From: Takakia lepidozioides
Taxonomy: Eukaryota > Plantae > Bryophyta
Assembly: GCA_030704615.1 (NCBI GenBank)
Contig: CM060733.1
Location: 23,498,001 to 23,562,000, forward strand
Direction of reading: 5' to 3'
DNA: 64,000 bases
The position numbers were made by a program, and so were the translations under genes. This document shows positions 1 through 12,337 of this stretch, piece after piece. The notes under the pieces were generated by a model, which searched no databases, was not told the DNA's origin, and was given only the letters and a program-made list of their open reading frames with translations. The first letter of the stretch is position 1. Every line of letters starts with the position of its first letter.

Positions 1-44
1 GCCCTTAGTTCCGACCAAAAACTTTGAGATCCGCACCTACTCTA

Positions 45-1182
45 GTGGGATAGCCGGTTAGGCAGAAATTCATTCGAAAAAAAAGTTCCTAATCCAAATA
101 AATTATTTTTGGCAAGAGTGCCTAATTTAAAAAATTTATCTTCAAGGAGTGCCTAATGGTATAAAACTTTGAATTTAAAATTTAAAAAAACAAATAGAAA
201 ATAGAAAAAAAAATCTAAAAATAATATCCAGTTTTGATGCTTGTACTAACTCTAGATAACCTCTATAGGTCCTTACGTTGACTCAACTATCTCATCGTAG
301 GTTGCCTCGTATCCAAGCTTTCCTTCGGACTATGAATGATCATTGAGATTAGGAAGCTCTTCATCTATAATATGAAGATTTGCCAAACATCTACTCGTGC
401 TATCAACTACACTGAGATCAAGATAAATGTCCGGGACATCTTCCATAACAAGATCCCTTTCCAAGATATCATTGGAGGTGGTAAACAAGTCGCTTGCAAA
501 ATTAGCTCTCATAGCCTCTCCCTGAAACATGTGTTCGAATGAACGTAGAATGCCACATTGTTCCCAACATGATACAATTATCTCTGTATGACATCCAACA
601 TGATACCAAGCCTCCCATAACCAAAGAGCTGCCCACTCACGCATCTTGGATACATGTGTGATCACCTTCACCTCCGTGGCTGGAATACCCGCTTGTAATT
701 GGCTTTGAATTTCCAAAGCAGACCACTTCTTGAATTGCTCTGCAAATGAACACTTCAAAGGTTGTTGTAATATCACATCAGTAGGTTGTAGCTTGGACGT
801 GCAATTGGCAGGGATGAATAACGCACATATATTTGGGTGGTTTTCTTGCATGTATGTAGTAAACTCTGTCGACCTATGCACGCTCCAACAATCAATCAAC
901 CATATCATTTTTTGAGGAGAAGACAATCCCAAGGAGAGGCTGAGTTTTCATTTAAAACGTCATCCATGGACTCAGTTTTCAATTTCATCCATGGCAGCGG
1001 CTGTGTTTTGATATTTTTGTATTTTTATTTTGTGATCATTATTTTAGTTGCCTAATTTGAAAAAATAACACATCCAAGATGCCTAATTTTTTTTTATTTT
1101 TTTATTTTCTCAAAAGTGCCTAACTGCCAAGATTGCCCAAAAATAATTATTACGCAAGCAAGTGCCTAACCGGCTATCCCAC
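45..1182 (-). mobile_element. Tc1/mariner superfamily (pogo/Tigger-like) internally deleted DNA transposon
   Basis: Perfect inverted repeat TAGTGGGATAGCCGGTTAGGCA at 43-64 and 1163-1184, including the flanking TA (TA TSD). Internal DDE_1-type transposase remnant. Confidence 0.85.
330..932 (-). pseudogene. C-terminal fragment of pogo-like DDE_1 transposase
   Basis: WLIDCWSVH...FIPANCTSKLQPTDV..QPLK resembles the DDE_1 LLLD..S.H / P.N.TS.LQP.D motifs. The N-terminal DNA-binding part is missing. Confidence 0.8.
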
Positions 1183-1456
1183 TACGGTATTTGAGGCAGC
1201 TAGCTGTGCTGCGTTTGCAGCGAGAGGATGGAGGCTGGGCATCCCGGTGTCAATTGCACAGTGGGGGCATCATGCCTACGCACGCATTCTTCAACACAAC
1301 GTCTTAAAGGACGTCAACACGGTCAAAAGAGTGGTATATTTTTTGAGATTTTCTTACGCGCGCACAATGTATGTAGTGACTAGTGACCAGTCCCTCATAC
1401 CATTTTTGGTATCCACTTGTGCATCATCGCGGAAAATAGGAATCTGGACTCTAGAG

Positions 1457-1748
1457 TGTTAGCGTGAAGATCTACATGTGTCCAGTCAACCTCAAGATCA
1501 AGTGCAGTGGTAAAATATGATGCTAGTAGTGACAACTTGTACATAAATGTTATAAAGGATTCGACACATCTGAACTTGAGGGATTCACTGACCGAGCAAC
1601 TCTATATATATGATATGTTTTTAAACTTTGAAACTATGGCATGATAGGCCAATTTTCGTGCTGAACTTCGTCTGTGTCTCTACTCTTTCATCGAGTCTTC
1701 CTATGTTATATCTCTGATCCTGACAATGACTGGCCTAGATAGCTTACA
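1457..1748 (+). repeat. Copia 5' LTR
   Basis: TGTTAG...CTTACA. Positions 1523-1748 align with 21581-21805. Confidence 0.85.
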
Positions 1749-1761
1749 GGTTATGGGCCCA
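1749..1761 (+). promoter_or_regulatory. Copia primer-binding site GGTTATGGGCCCA (tRNAi-Met internal/half-tRNA type)
   Basis: Directly follows the LTR-terminal CA. Matches the known Drosophila copia-type PBS. Confidence 0.75.
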
Positions 1762-1932
1762 CAGGTGTTTGGAGTTGAGAAGTTTGACGGACAAGATTTT
1801 GGTTTGTGGAAGTTCAAAACTGAAGACATTGAAGGCACGAGATCTATGGGGTGTTGTGAGTGGGGAGGAAGTCCTAAATGCACAAGGACCTAGTGCAGAA
1901 CGAACTGCATGGACGAAGAAAGACAACAAAGC
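1753..1932 (+). pseudogene. Copia gag N-terminus, interrupted by the Gypsy insertion
   Basis: VEKFDGQDFGLWKFK / LKARDLWGVVSG / AWTKKDNKA. Continues in frame at 17840 as FGVICERISNQKL..AAWDTLKRLHE. Confidence 0.8.
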
Positions 1933-2259
1933 TGTCAAGTTATTTCACCACTAATGTGAAACTAGCTAGGAAATAGCTAGCTTTTACATATTGACATTTG
2001 GGATTGGCCCAAGTGTCAATCCAGGGGTCAAGGCAGATTTAGGCCCTGAAGTGGTTATCTTCACGGCAAGCGCGAGAGGCTCATCTTTCTTGAGTTGAGC
2101 CTCACCGCACCTAGCTATGGCGCCGTAGTGTGGATTCCCCATGGCGTGGGGTGCATTTGGCTTGACTTGTATTTGAGTGATGAGTTTATATATGCATGAG
2201 TTTATGCTTCAGCTTTGTGAGCTCGCATGAGCTTATGCTTGTATTCTTCTCCTTTATCA
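1933..2259 (+). repeat. Terminal repeat A1 (LTR-like, TGTCAAG...TTATCA)
   Basis: Near-identical to 17334-17661 and to the reverse complement of 32830-33146. Confidence 0.9.
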
Positions 2260-2299
2260 CTCGAGAAAGATGAGCTCGTATCTGTGAGTGCCAGATACG

Positions 2300-4545
2300 A
2301 GTTAGTTGTTGGAGAAGTTGCGGAGCTGCAAGAGTTCCAACAGAAGCCTATTGAGAGCTTGATGGAGGCTTTCACTCGCATGAGGCGCTTGATAAATGTA
2401 ACCCAAGGGGTTACGGAAGCTCAGGCAGTCCAATTCTGGTATGGGATATTGGACAAGGAGCTGAGGAAAAGGGTGCGGGATGCAACTCTCCTACAAGCGG
2501 CCCAACCTACCTTAGCAAATGTGTTTTTGCTGGTAGAGCGGATAGAGCTCAACATGGTGGAGGAACGAGTGGTCATGGTGGGATTTGCTAAGGAGACATC
2601 ACGGGGTAGTGGTGCTCCTAGCCAACCACTACCTCAACGTGCTCAAGGCAACAAGGGGGCCCAGGTGAAGCCCAGGGAAGGACAGAGAAGACCTCAGATG
2701 GAGGGGTCTCTCCATTCATTTGCAGGCCAACAACGGGCAGAGGTGGTGTGTTGGACATGTGGATGACCCTATGTCAAGAAGGATTGCCCAGAGGGAGGCA
2801 AAGGGCCGGCATATGCACAGCCTGCACAGCTGCAGTGTGGGCATTGTGGCAAGCACGAGCATGGAGAGGCCCAGTGTTATGGTTTGCATCCTTAGTTGCG
2901 CCCAAGCCAGTTCCAAGGGAACAATGGTGGCCGGGGGCGAGGTGGGGCAACCCAGAGAGAACGAGGTGGCCAAGCATGAGGTGTAGGCCAAGGGGAAGCT
3001 CGACATGGCCAAGGACGCAGAGGTCAGGGTGTTGACCAAGGCATGGCCAACCGGCTTCAGCAGCTAGAGCAGAGGCTCGCTGCCATGACTACAGCTCAGG
3101 TGGTACCGGCTCCGAGGCCGAATGGTCCACCTCCTACTCCTGAGGGAGGAGATATGGGAGGCATGAAATTCATGTGCAGAGCAACACTACCACTAGTGCA
3201 GGTGGAGTCTGCTGCAGCCGTGACTCGAGGAGCAGCACGAGTTCCTGAGCCACGAGGTGCAGAGGTGGAGTTGGATCCACAGCGTGGGGAAGCAAGCCAT
3301 TAAGCCAGGCTTTCTTAGTCATTCACATTGGCGGAGACAATGTCGACGCCATCCATGGCACCTAGTTCTCGCCTGACTGTTACCGAGGCGGAGGTTACTA
3401 TACCATTGGGGAGAGCTACACGGGCAGCACCACTACCTAGTGTTGCAAAGGCTACGGCAGCTAGTGTGCTGCTGGGAGCGGCCACATCTGTGTGTCAGGC
3501 TCTATTGTTCTCGGCTACCATGATTGCGACGTCGGGGGTAAGACCAGCTGAGGTGTTCAGGCTGGCAGCTACACTCTCTGAGAGTGGGGAGGTTATTTCA
3601 TCTTCTGCGGAGATAGTGAGAGGTGAAGTGCCGGAGGGATCCTCGGATTTGAGGGTCAAGACTGCCACAGCGGCGCCATGGCAAGCTGCAGCTGCCAGGT
3701 TGATGGAGCTGCCAACTAGGCCAGCCATTGAACACGCCATGGTGAGACCTGGAGTTGTTATGTTAGAGAACCAGGATGACATTTTCTGTTTGAGTGGACT
3801 GGCAGACAAGAGGTACTGGCCACTGCGGGTCTTGTTGGACTCGGCAGCTTAGCCGTTGATGCTGGGCAGAGCTGCTATTGCAGGCTTGGGCCTCACGAAG
3901 GCAGATATGGAGCCTTGTCCTTTCCATATACAGACATCTCTGGGAGGATCGGAGCAGGCTCGGGGGATGACACGGCGTGAGTTGGCTATCAGACTGCGGC
4001 CGGATCATCCTATAGATGGCTCAGTGATACGAGCCAAGGCCATTGTGACAGACGCAGTCTCGTACGATGTCCTGGTTGGTGGGGCAATGTTATACCCCAT
4101 GGGCTTCACCCTGGATTTCTGGGAGGAATCAACTTCCTATAGGCCTGGATGGCAGTTAGGGGAGGGCCGACGTGTGCAACTCCATGTGACATTCATAGGA
4201 GGAGTTGCGGTTGCCCAGCGAGGTAAGATGCCGACACTAGCAGCATTCACAACTGCAGTGAGTTGGCTTGGAGAGTTGCTTGAGGGCAATGCTCATTCAG
4301 AGGATGTGTCACCTCCGGGAGAGCAAGATGACATGTATGGTATGGCGGAGTTGCCTACCATGGTTGCTCAGACTCCATTGTGGGGCACGAGCAATGATTT
4401 GCAGAGGGTTGCTGATCGACAGGTGCAACAAGCCTGGGTGGAGGCTTTTATACCATCAGGAGAGGAGGAGAGTGCGGGGATTGCACCAAGACCACCTCAA
4501 TTGTCTCCATTGGACACCACACCTATTGTGTGGCAGTATCCGGAT
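2300..4545 (+). pseudogene. Gypsy gag (capsid-like, CCHC knuckles) and aspartic protease, with stops
   Basis: LQEFQQKPIESLMEAFTRMRRL..AVQFWYG; CWTCG; protease RVLLDSAA(*)PLMLG...YDVLVG. Colinear with 46510-47900. Confidence 0.8.
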
Positions 4546-5177
4546 CAACGACGCAATGGCGTGAGCGTTGCGCATGAGCGCGCGAGCGTACGCTCACGCA
4601 GGAGTGACGTGGCGTGAGCCTGCATACACGCTGACGTGGCGTGAGCGTCATGTCAGCATGCTGATGTGGTGGTAAATGATGACGTGGCACTGTCCGTCAT
4701 CTGCCACGTTAGCATTAACATGCGCCGCCTATAACCGTGGATGGTCCTATGACCGTGGAATTAATGCAGGGAATCTTGCCTAAATAGAATCAAGACGAGC
4801 GTTGAGGCCTACAATTGCAGCATCCAACATTGTGCAATTACAAATGTTTTTTTCACTTTTACAATTACGAGGACGAAAAAATATCCTCACAAAGTGTGCG
4901 CCATAAAGGCTGCCACGGGAAGACCTTCCTCCCTCCTCAAATAACAATGAGAGTTAGGATCATCTTCAAAAGATGATTGTAGTGCATAGCGACAGCAAGA
5001 CATGTAGACTTCGAACGGTGCAATGACGAATGTGCACTACCTAAAAGTTGTCACTCAGAGCTCACTCCGTATAGTTGGAGGCCATATCATTGCACCGCCG
5101 ACGAATTGATGTGAATTACACATTTCAAATCATGGTCGTCCACATACCACATTGCATAGTTGATGCTACCCATGTAT

Positions 5178-8100
5178 TCAATCCCGCTGCAAAAGAGTAT
5201 CGACCTCGTTGAAACTCATAGTGGCCTGGTGAATGAAGTTGTCACGTTTGGGATCGCAAACCATCATCTTCAAAAATATGAAATACAAATGTTTGCAGGG
5301 TATGAATTTACCTCTCTTGCCCAAACTGGTTGATAGCATATTCACAAAATCAGGACATGTGCAATTGGGGAAATTGGAAACCGTGATGTCGTAGGTCCTG
5401 TCATGAACAGCAGATGTGGAAGTGATGATTGTGAATACCCGACCATATCCTGGATCGGGTACTTCCGTGGTGCTTCCAACACGAGCTTGGAACATTCTTG
5501 CGGACTCCACTTTGCCAAAGTGTTCAGCGGTTGGAGGGAAACGCCGAACGAGCTTTCCATCTCGTTTGGTTGGCCACAAGTCAGGATTTTCTGGGGGGAC
5601 CCGGGAGGACGCAGAAGTAGTAGCACATGCATGGAGTTGGGGTTGTCTCGCAAGGGAAAAACCTGCCTCCTCCAGCATTTCAATCTCCTGAAAGCTGAGA
5701 TGTGTTCCCACCTTCACGGGCCAAACGGTTGGAGGAGATGGCTTCATCACTACGGAAGGACGCACAGTTCCATGCACACATCTGGCACAATCATCTGCGC
5801 AGAACCAGAACTTGTGGTTCTTGGCTTCTGGTTGACCGTATGGACGCATCAAGCCCGTGAAAGTCGGAGCAGGAGTTCGGGTACCACCTCTGGATATAGA
5901 TGAAGTGCACTTCTCGAAATTAGTTGCCCTGATCGCTGTACATTTCACACGATACCCTACACTTGTGCGTTCTATGTGCCAAACGTGGTCGGGGCATGCG
6001 GACTCAAGCACATCAAGGGGTTGTTTCTCTCCTGCACCATTTCAGTGGCACTGTTTGATGCTGGAGCTTGCCGTCGTGTTGGAGGTTCCGGATATGGAGC
6101 TGTCATGTAGGGGAACACGAGGCTTCGAGAAGTTATCACGGTCTGCCCTGTGGGAATCTGAATCCGAACCAGGTGGAGTGTTCAATTTCCTCTTACAGGA
6201 TCCGAATCTCTCCTCCCCTTCAAGATGTGGAACTCTAGAAACAAGTGGCGTTCCCTGGGCATACATGCTCACCGCCCGTGCTATCTTGATTGGATCCCCA
6301 GATCTGTTTGCAGCACGCAACATCAACTCCCATTTGTCCGGACCCTTGCCACCAACCCCACCTCGTAAGAAATCACGGTATCGAGTTTGTTGTTGCAAGG
6401 CACGTATCAAATCATCTGTTGTTGCCACATACAAATCCCGACCTCGTTTCCCAGACTGCTGCAACCATGCGTTGTGCACAGTTTCTGCCAAATTGCAAGA
6501 TGGCATGTCCGCCATTTCCTCAATGGACATGTTCTGCAAAGTGCAGAACCACACTTCAAAACAGTGAACAGAAAACAACATAAAGAAAGCGAGGACACAA
6601 TAAAATGGAAAGCAAATGTATGAAAAAACAATAAATATAAGCCTCGTACCAATGGCATGGCTGCTCCCCACTGTCTATACCGGAAGTGCCAAAACGCCAG
6701 CCAATCTTCCAATGCTCTCATACTCTCAAGTGATGCAGCTCCAGAAGAGAACCACCAGGCACGAATTGTCTGGAACAAAGTGTCCGCCTCCTTCATTGTT
6801 CTAGCATCTTTGTACTCTTTGCACAATTTACGGTGCTGAGTCTGCATCTCTGGTTTGATGTCCGACTTTGTATGTTTTTCCAGAGATTGTGTCCAATGGA
6901 ATAGACATTTACGCTCTCTTCCTCGCATTGGAACTTTTGGGTCGCCCGATCCGAAGACAATACGAACAATATTGAAATTTGCTTGAGCACTATCCGCCAT
7001 GAAACCTGCGAAATTTGGAGATGGCAGCCCATGACACGTATCAGGGAATTCCACATGAGCTTCTGGGATTCCGTATCCTCGGATTGCATGTCACAAACTG
7101 CAATTGTCATAACTCGTTGTTACACTGGATCGTAGACATGACAAGCCATTGTCGTCCAATCCTTCACTCGTTTCACATGATCAAACATAAGAAAACAGTT
7201 TGCAAGTCCCCAGTCTTCTGCATCCGCTTCACGAGGCTAACCCCACTGCCCTCCCCAACAGTCGACATTTTGAAAAGAAAAACTTTGATGGCACCTTGAC
7301 CTGGGAATACATTGTCCTGGATGTAATCGTACTTGCTCACTCGTTTCAATTCCAAAATATTGTCTATGTAGCCTTTGATCCCAGAGCCCATTCTCAATGC
7401 ATTGATCTGATGCCGAATGTTAGGTGAACTTAAAGTGGAGAAATGATCCATGACCAGGTCCAATGCTGCACCGTCAAGTTTAGTCCCCACAGAATCCCTT
7501 CACTCAAAATATGGCTTTCCAAGAAGGACTTGCTTGCGCCAAGAGCAATTGCAGATGTTGTTGCGGATGGGTTTCTCCCGAACTCCTGTTTAATCAACCT
7601 CGATACTGTCTCAACACTCTCCCTGTAATCCAGACAGGATGGTTATGGAATCCGAAATGCACACAAGCTCTTGTCATTGTTTTCAAACGGTGGACAACAT
7701 AGTACATTCTTGCTCCGCAGAGCGCCAAGCAGGATGACACAAGTTTGCAGAATTTGCAGACGAAAGTGTTTGCCGGTGGAGGGGCAGTCCCAGGCTGAAA
7801 TGGATTTTCCGCCAGACCCTCCCATTCGCTTTGATTATGAACCCCAGACTGAAGAAAGTGTCTGCAATTCAAATTATCACACCTAAGGTGTCCATTGCAA
7901 ACTGTCCTCCTGAAAACAAGCTTGTCATCATTCTGAATATTGGATGTTTTTGTTCTGCACCACGGGTGCCCGTCGTGTTTCTTGTCCATTCCATGCATCA
8001 TGATTGTTACACCTCCAACTCGCGGAGGAGGAGGCAGCTCGAATAGGATATCGCCATCAAAAGTCTCCGGCAAGAACTTCACAGGCACCTGCTTCAAAGA

Positions 8101-8642
8101 TTCCCAATCAATTCCCCGCAACTCACTTTTGAATCCAGCCATTCCTCCCATCGCCCGCAATTTTGGAATGACACTACAAATCTCTTCTTCATCAGCTTCT
8201 CCAACCACAGTAGGAAGGACTGGATTTGGAATTTCACTTATGTCATCATCGGAAGAATCCGAAAGCTCAACGATTGGAGTGGAGGACGTCTGTTTTTTTC
8301 ACCACCACCTCCCTCTTGTCTTCAACGACCGAAGCAGCAGTCCCGGGCGTCACATATGACCCAAGGGACTTTCGCCGAGGCTCTCCAAGTACTCTGTATC
8401 GACCAGGACGCACTCTCCACTGGCTGATATGAGCCGTCTCATCACGGTTTTGGAAAGAGTATTTCACAACTTCCCTTTAAGATCGTACACCTCTTTCTCC
8501 AAAAAGATGGAGCCATTCTGCGCTGAAAACGGGTAGCCAAGACATGTTCCAGAACAATTGCAAATCCATTGTCAAGGACTTCCTGGGAGAACGGCACTGG
8601 TTTGTCGTCAGAGAAGAACTCCGCTTCAGAGGAAGCCATCTT
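5178..8642 (-). pseudogene. MULE-type transposase with N-terminal GCM/WRKY-like Zn domain and C-terminal SWIM finger (frameshifted, at least one intron)
   Basis: DGHPW..CNGHLRC..C..CKFC..C..HFGFHNHP (7594-8208). MFDH (~7180), FMADSAQANF...CLFHW (D and CxxH), CNLAETVHN (E). SWIM CTCPDF..CKH (5178-6011). Confidence 0.8.
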
Positions 8643-9860
8643 CCTTCCTCGCGTACGTTTGTACCTTGCTATCGCAGATCTAGTGTAAATCGGTTTACTG
8701 ATGTCTCCAGAACACAGTTGAAGAATGAGCAGAGAATATGGCGGAGGAAGCTCAGACAACGACTGTGCATATTATGTTATTCTTTCCAGATATGCAGCCG
8801 TCCATTTTAATTACTTTTCTTGTGGGCCCAGTGGTCAGAGTATCCCTAGGAGCAGTGTCGGCAGCTGTTAAACCGTTAACCAGAACCTCATCAATAAACC
8901 CAATAACAAAGCCGACTTCCTGGAAGCATGCCACAGGATCTGAGGATGGGATTGCAGATTAAGTAAATGTATCTTTATACTACTACCAATGATCATGCGC
9001 ACCTGGAAAGTTCCAAATGTGAAACGAATGTGGGGTTTGGCTAACAAGGATGACCGTGTATGATATTCCAAGATTTGTCATCAAACTCTCGTTCATTTAC
9101 ATTTATTTGTGTAAGACTGTGCGCCAAGATTTCTGGGATTCGCTGTTATTTTTAAATATTGAAACCGTTCTAATAAAGAACACGCCGTTTATTTTGGGCG
9201 ACACACGTCAGACATCCATAACTGAATACGAACAGCTGTACACCAATTGCTGGCATGTGCACTAATAAGGGAACGACTATGTGTAACGGTCACGCGAGAG
9301 GGAATCGATGCTTCTAGAGACACGCAAGAACGCAGGCAATCCCGCAAGAAATCGGGAGTCACTGCGTTTTTCTACTTTTCGCGCTTAGAGAGAGAGTGGT
9401 AGTCAAGCTGGAGAGGGTTCCTTCTACAATACGAAAGAGAAGAAAGTCTCTTTATTTTACTTCCCTTAGAGAGAGACGCAGAGCAAGAGAGCAAATGACG
9501 AGGCGTCGTTTGTTGGAGAACACAGGGCCAAGGCAGCAGGTGAACGCGGAGACTGATTCAGAAGAGCAGACGGAGACTGAGGCAGCGGCTGTGACACAGT
9601 CGGCGATAAGAGTGCGCCAGCCTGTGGAGGCAGAGATGATTGCAGGGACACTAAAGAAGGTGGAAGCACGCGGAACGCCGAACCGGGAGAAGGTCCAGAA
9701 ACCCTAGAGCAGACAGAAATTCCAGCAGATGTGAGAGGGAAGAGGAAAGCTGCAGAAGGGGATCCAATTTCAAAACCTAAGAAGGCACCAGTAAGTTTTA
9801 TCTAACTTACATTTCATTGTTGAAGATATGCGTAGAGATTGAGTGGAATGTCCCAGACAG

Positions 9861-10482
9861 GGATTGTCGCTACCGACCATCACAAAAGTGATTTGCTTTC
9901 TACTCCTCTGCTAAGGGTTTACCGCACAATGAGTGGGTGACTATCGGTACAGTCATTCACTGTTGTTCAGATCATACAGTCTGTCTGATTGCCTTTCAAG
10001 GAGTCCTTCCTCTTCCTTCTTTAGCAGGAACTACTGAATTGCGAGCGTCGTTAACGCCATTCGATTCTCCTCATGAGATTTATGTACCTATGTGTTTGAA
10101 GAGAGAGTGAGGGTCGGCATACCGTCAATCATCGTTGTTCAGACCATACAGTCTGTCTGATTGCCTTTCAAGCAGTCCTTCCTCTTCCCATGCTGGCGAC
10201 GGTAATCACAGTGGAGTCAATCTGAATAATCTGCACTTACTGTCCGCCCTAAACTATACTGAATGTCGTTGTCGCCAATCACTTGCACATAGATGTCATT
10301 ACACAACACCGATCCGGCAGGTCGTTATCTTTTGTGATTGTCGTTAACGCCGTTCGCTATCGCTCTCGCTTTTGTTTTGAATACGGCAGTATCAGCTTTG
10401 CTTGTGTAGATTGTGCTGAATTGTTTCACACCATTCATAGTGAGTTTCTTTGAGACAGAGTGATGGTCGTTACCGCCATTCA
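9861..10482. repeat. Degenerate array of a 22-bp palindrome in intron 1 of the cargo gene
   Basis: Variants of TGAATGTCGTTGACGACATTCA at 9861, 9938, 10042, 10260, 10335 and 10461. Also a ~55-bp direct repeat at 9962-10016 / 10134-10188. Confidence 0.6.
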
Positions 10483-12337
10483 CTATTTGCAAATTACTCA
10501 GTCAGAACTGAATGGCATCGTGCAGAAAACTGTGAGGTCCAAGCCTACAGGATCAGAGGGGAAAGGATCTGGAGATGGGGACGAGTCCGCAAAAAGCTCA
10601 GAGAATACAGATGAAGCAGATGAATCTGAAGTGCACTACCTTGACAAGGTGAAAGAACTCATGTCATTCCAGAAGGTAAACTCTCAGGAGGTTATAAGGG
10701 ACATGCTCGTATCTGGAGGGCGTCTGGACATCCCTCTGTGCCGGATGATATCAATGCCTGTTGTGCGTCCACCTCTTTCCCATGACATAACAAAATTGGA
10801 GAGTGATTTTGTGCATGGATATAGACTTGGTGCACAAGTTTTTTATGTGTCACTGACGGATATAAATGGGAAAAGCACATTAGTGTCTCCAGAGATCAGT
10901 GATGGGATGAGTGCTGGAAAGATGCCAATGAGGAGTTCGAGCTGGGCCTCATGATGGGAAAGAACACCCAGCAATTCTGCAACCACATGTTCTACGTCTG
11001 GGACGGCAACCACCGATTGCTGGCATGGATGGGATACATTCAGAAACACCATGCGAAAGACAAAGACAAGCATGTTGCTGTGGAGGCAATGGTTTTGGAT
11101 CCTGGAAACGACATCGCTAGGCTTCTTACAGCTATGCACGACGTGAACAAGTAAGTCATCCAGGAGATTTCATTCCCTTGTAGTGTCTTATTAATCCTCA
11201 AAAAACAGTGTTAAGGAATGCAATGTTTCCAATGTTTTTGCAGATCGACAGAGAAATCGCATGTGACAACAAGCTTGGTTCACACACTATTCCGAATTCA
11301 GAGGATTGGTCTGATGAAGCTGGATGATTTTCGGACAGTACTACCACCCAATATCATCAAGAAGTGTGAAACAGGAAGAGCTGCAGGCACTTGGTATTCT
11401 TTGACACGAGAGGCGTTTCTGGAGTACATGTATGCGGTAAGCCCGAGTCTGTACTCTGTTTACTTTTCGAATACATGTTTGTAGTCCCTTCGGAGCTAAT
11501 CACTACTTGAATCAATGCAGCAAGAACTGGCAGAGGCAGCTGAGAAGGGAAAATCCGAATATTACCGCACTACACCAGAGGAACTAAGGACATCAAAGGG
11601 TGTGGAAGCTGCAATAAAGAAGGAGTTTGAAATGCGAAGAACCAAATTGATGTCCGCCTTCGGAAAGCAGCTTAGAATAGTAGATCCTGGACTTGGTCCT
11701 GAGTTCCTTCAGCAGATCAAAACACACTATGACAAGCATGTGCATCCGGAGATGCAGCAGGAGAAATTGCACCGGCTGGCCATATCGATGGTCGACCCAC
11801 AAACAAAAATAAGGTGGCTGGAGATATGGAACTCAGATCAAACAGTAAGGACTTGAATCAGTTCCCAAAGAGCACCATACAGCCTGGCACAAAAGGTGGA
11901 AGGAATCAGTGATTTGGTGTTTGATAACTGGCTCCACAAGGCTACATTTTGGAGTCAGGTGTGTATTCAAACATGCCGTTTTCTTCTCTTCAAGTATGTG
12001 ATGAGTATCTTATTTGCAATTCTGACAAATATACAATTTGCAGCTCGAAAAGCGCGCCGTCATTGTGCTGGATCAGACTTTGAAGGACCTGAACATTTCG
12101 ATTGTTTCCCTGGAGGCATACATAAGGAAGTGGAGAGGTCTCACCTGGAGATACTGTTTTTTCCGGGAGTTCTCCAAAGATGGTAACATTTTACGGTCCA
12201 ACGACTTTGACAGTCAGGTTGGAGGAGAGTGGGCCATGATGCGAGTTGTGTACAGGTGCAATGTCATACTTGAAACTCTACTGTTTTTTTTGGGAAAAAA
12301 ATGTGGCTTCATAAGGATTGCAATCTTAGATCCAGAT

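Noticed and set aside
5403-6567. Plus-strand ORFs of 166 and 236 aa
   Set aside because: Antisense shadows of the transposase. The same applies to ORFs opposite COG3 and the pol genes.
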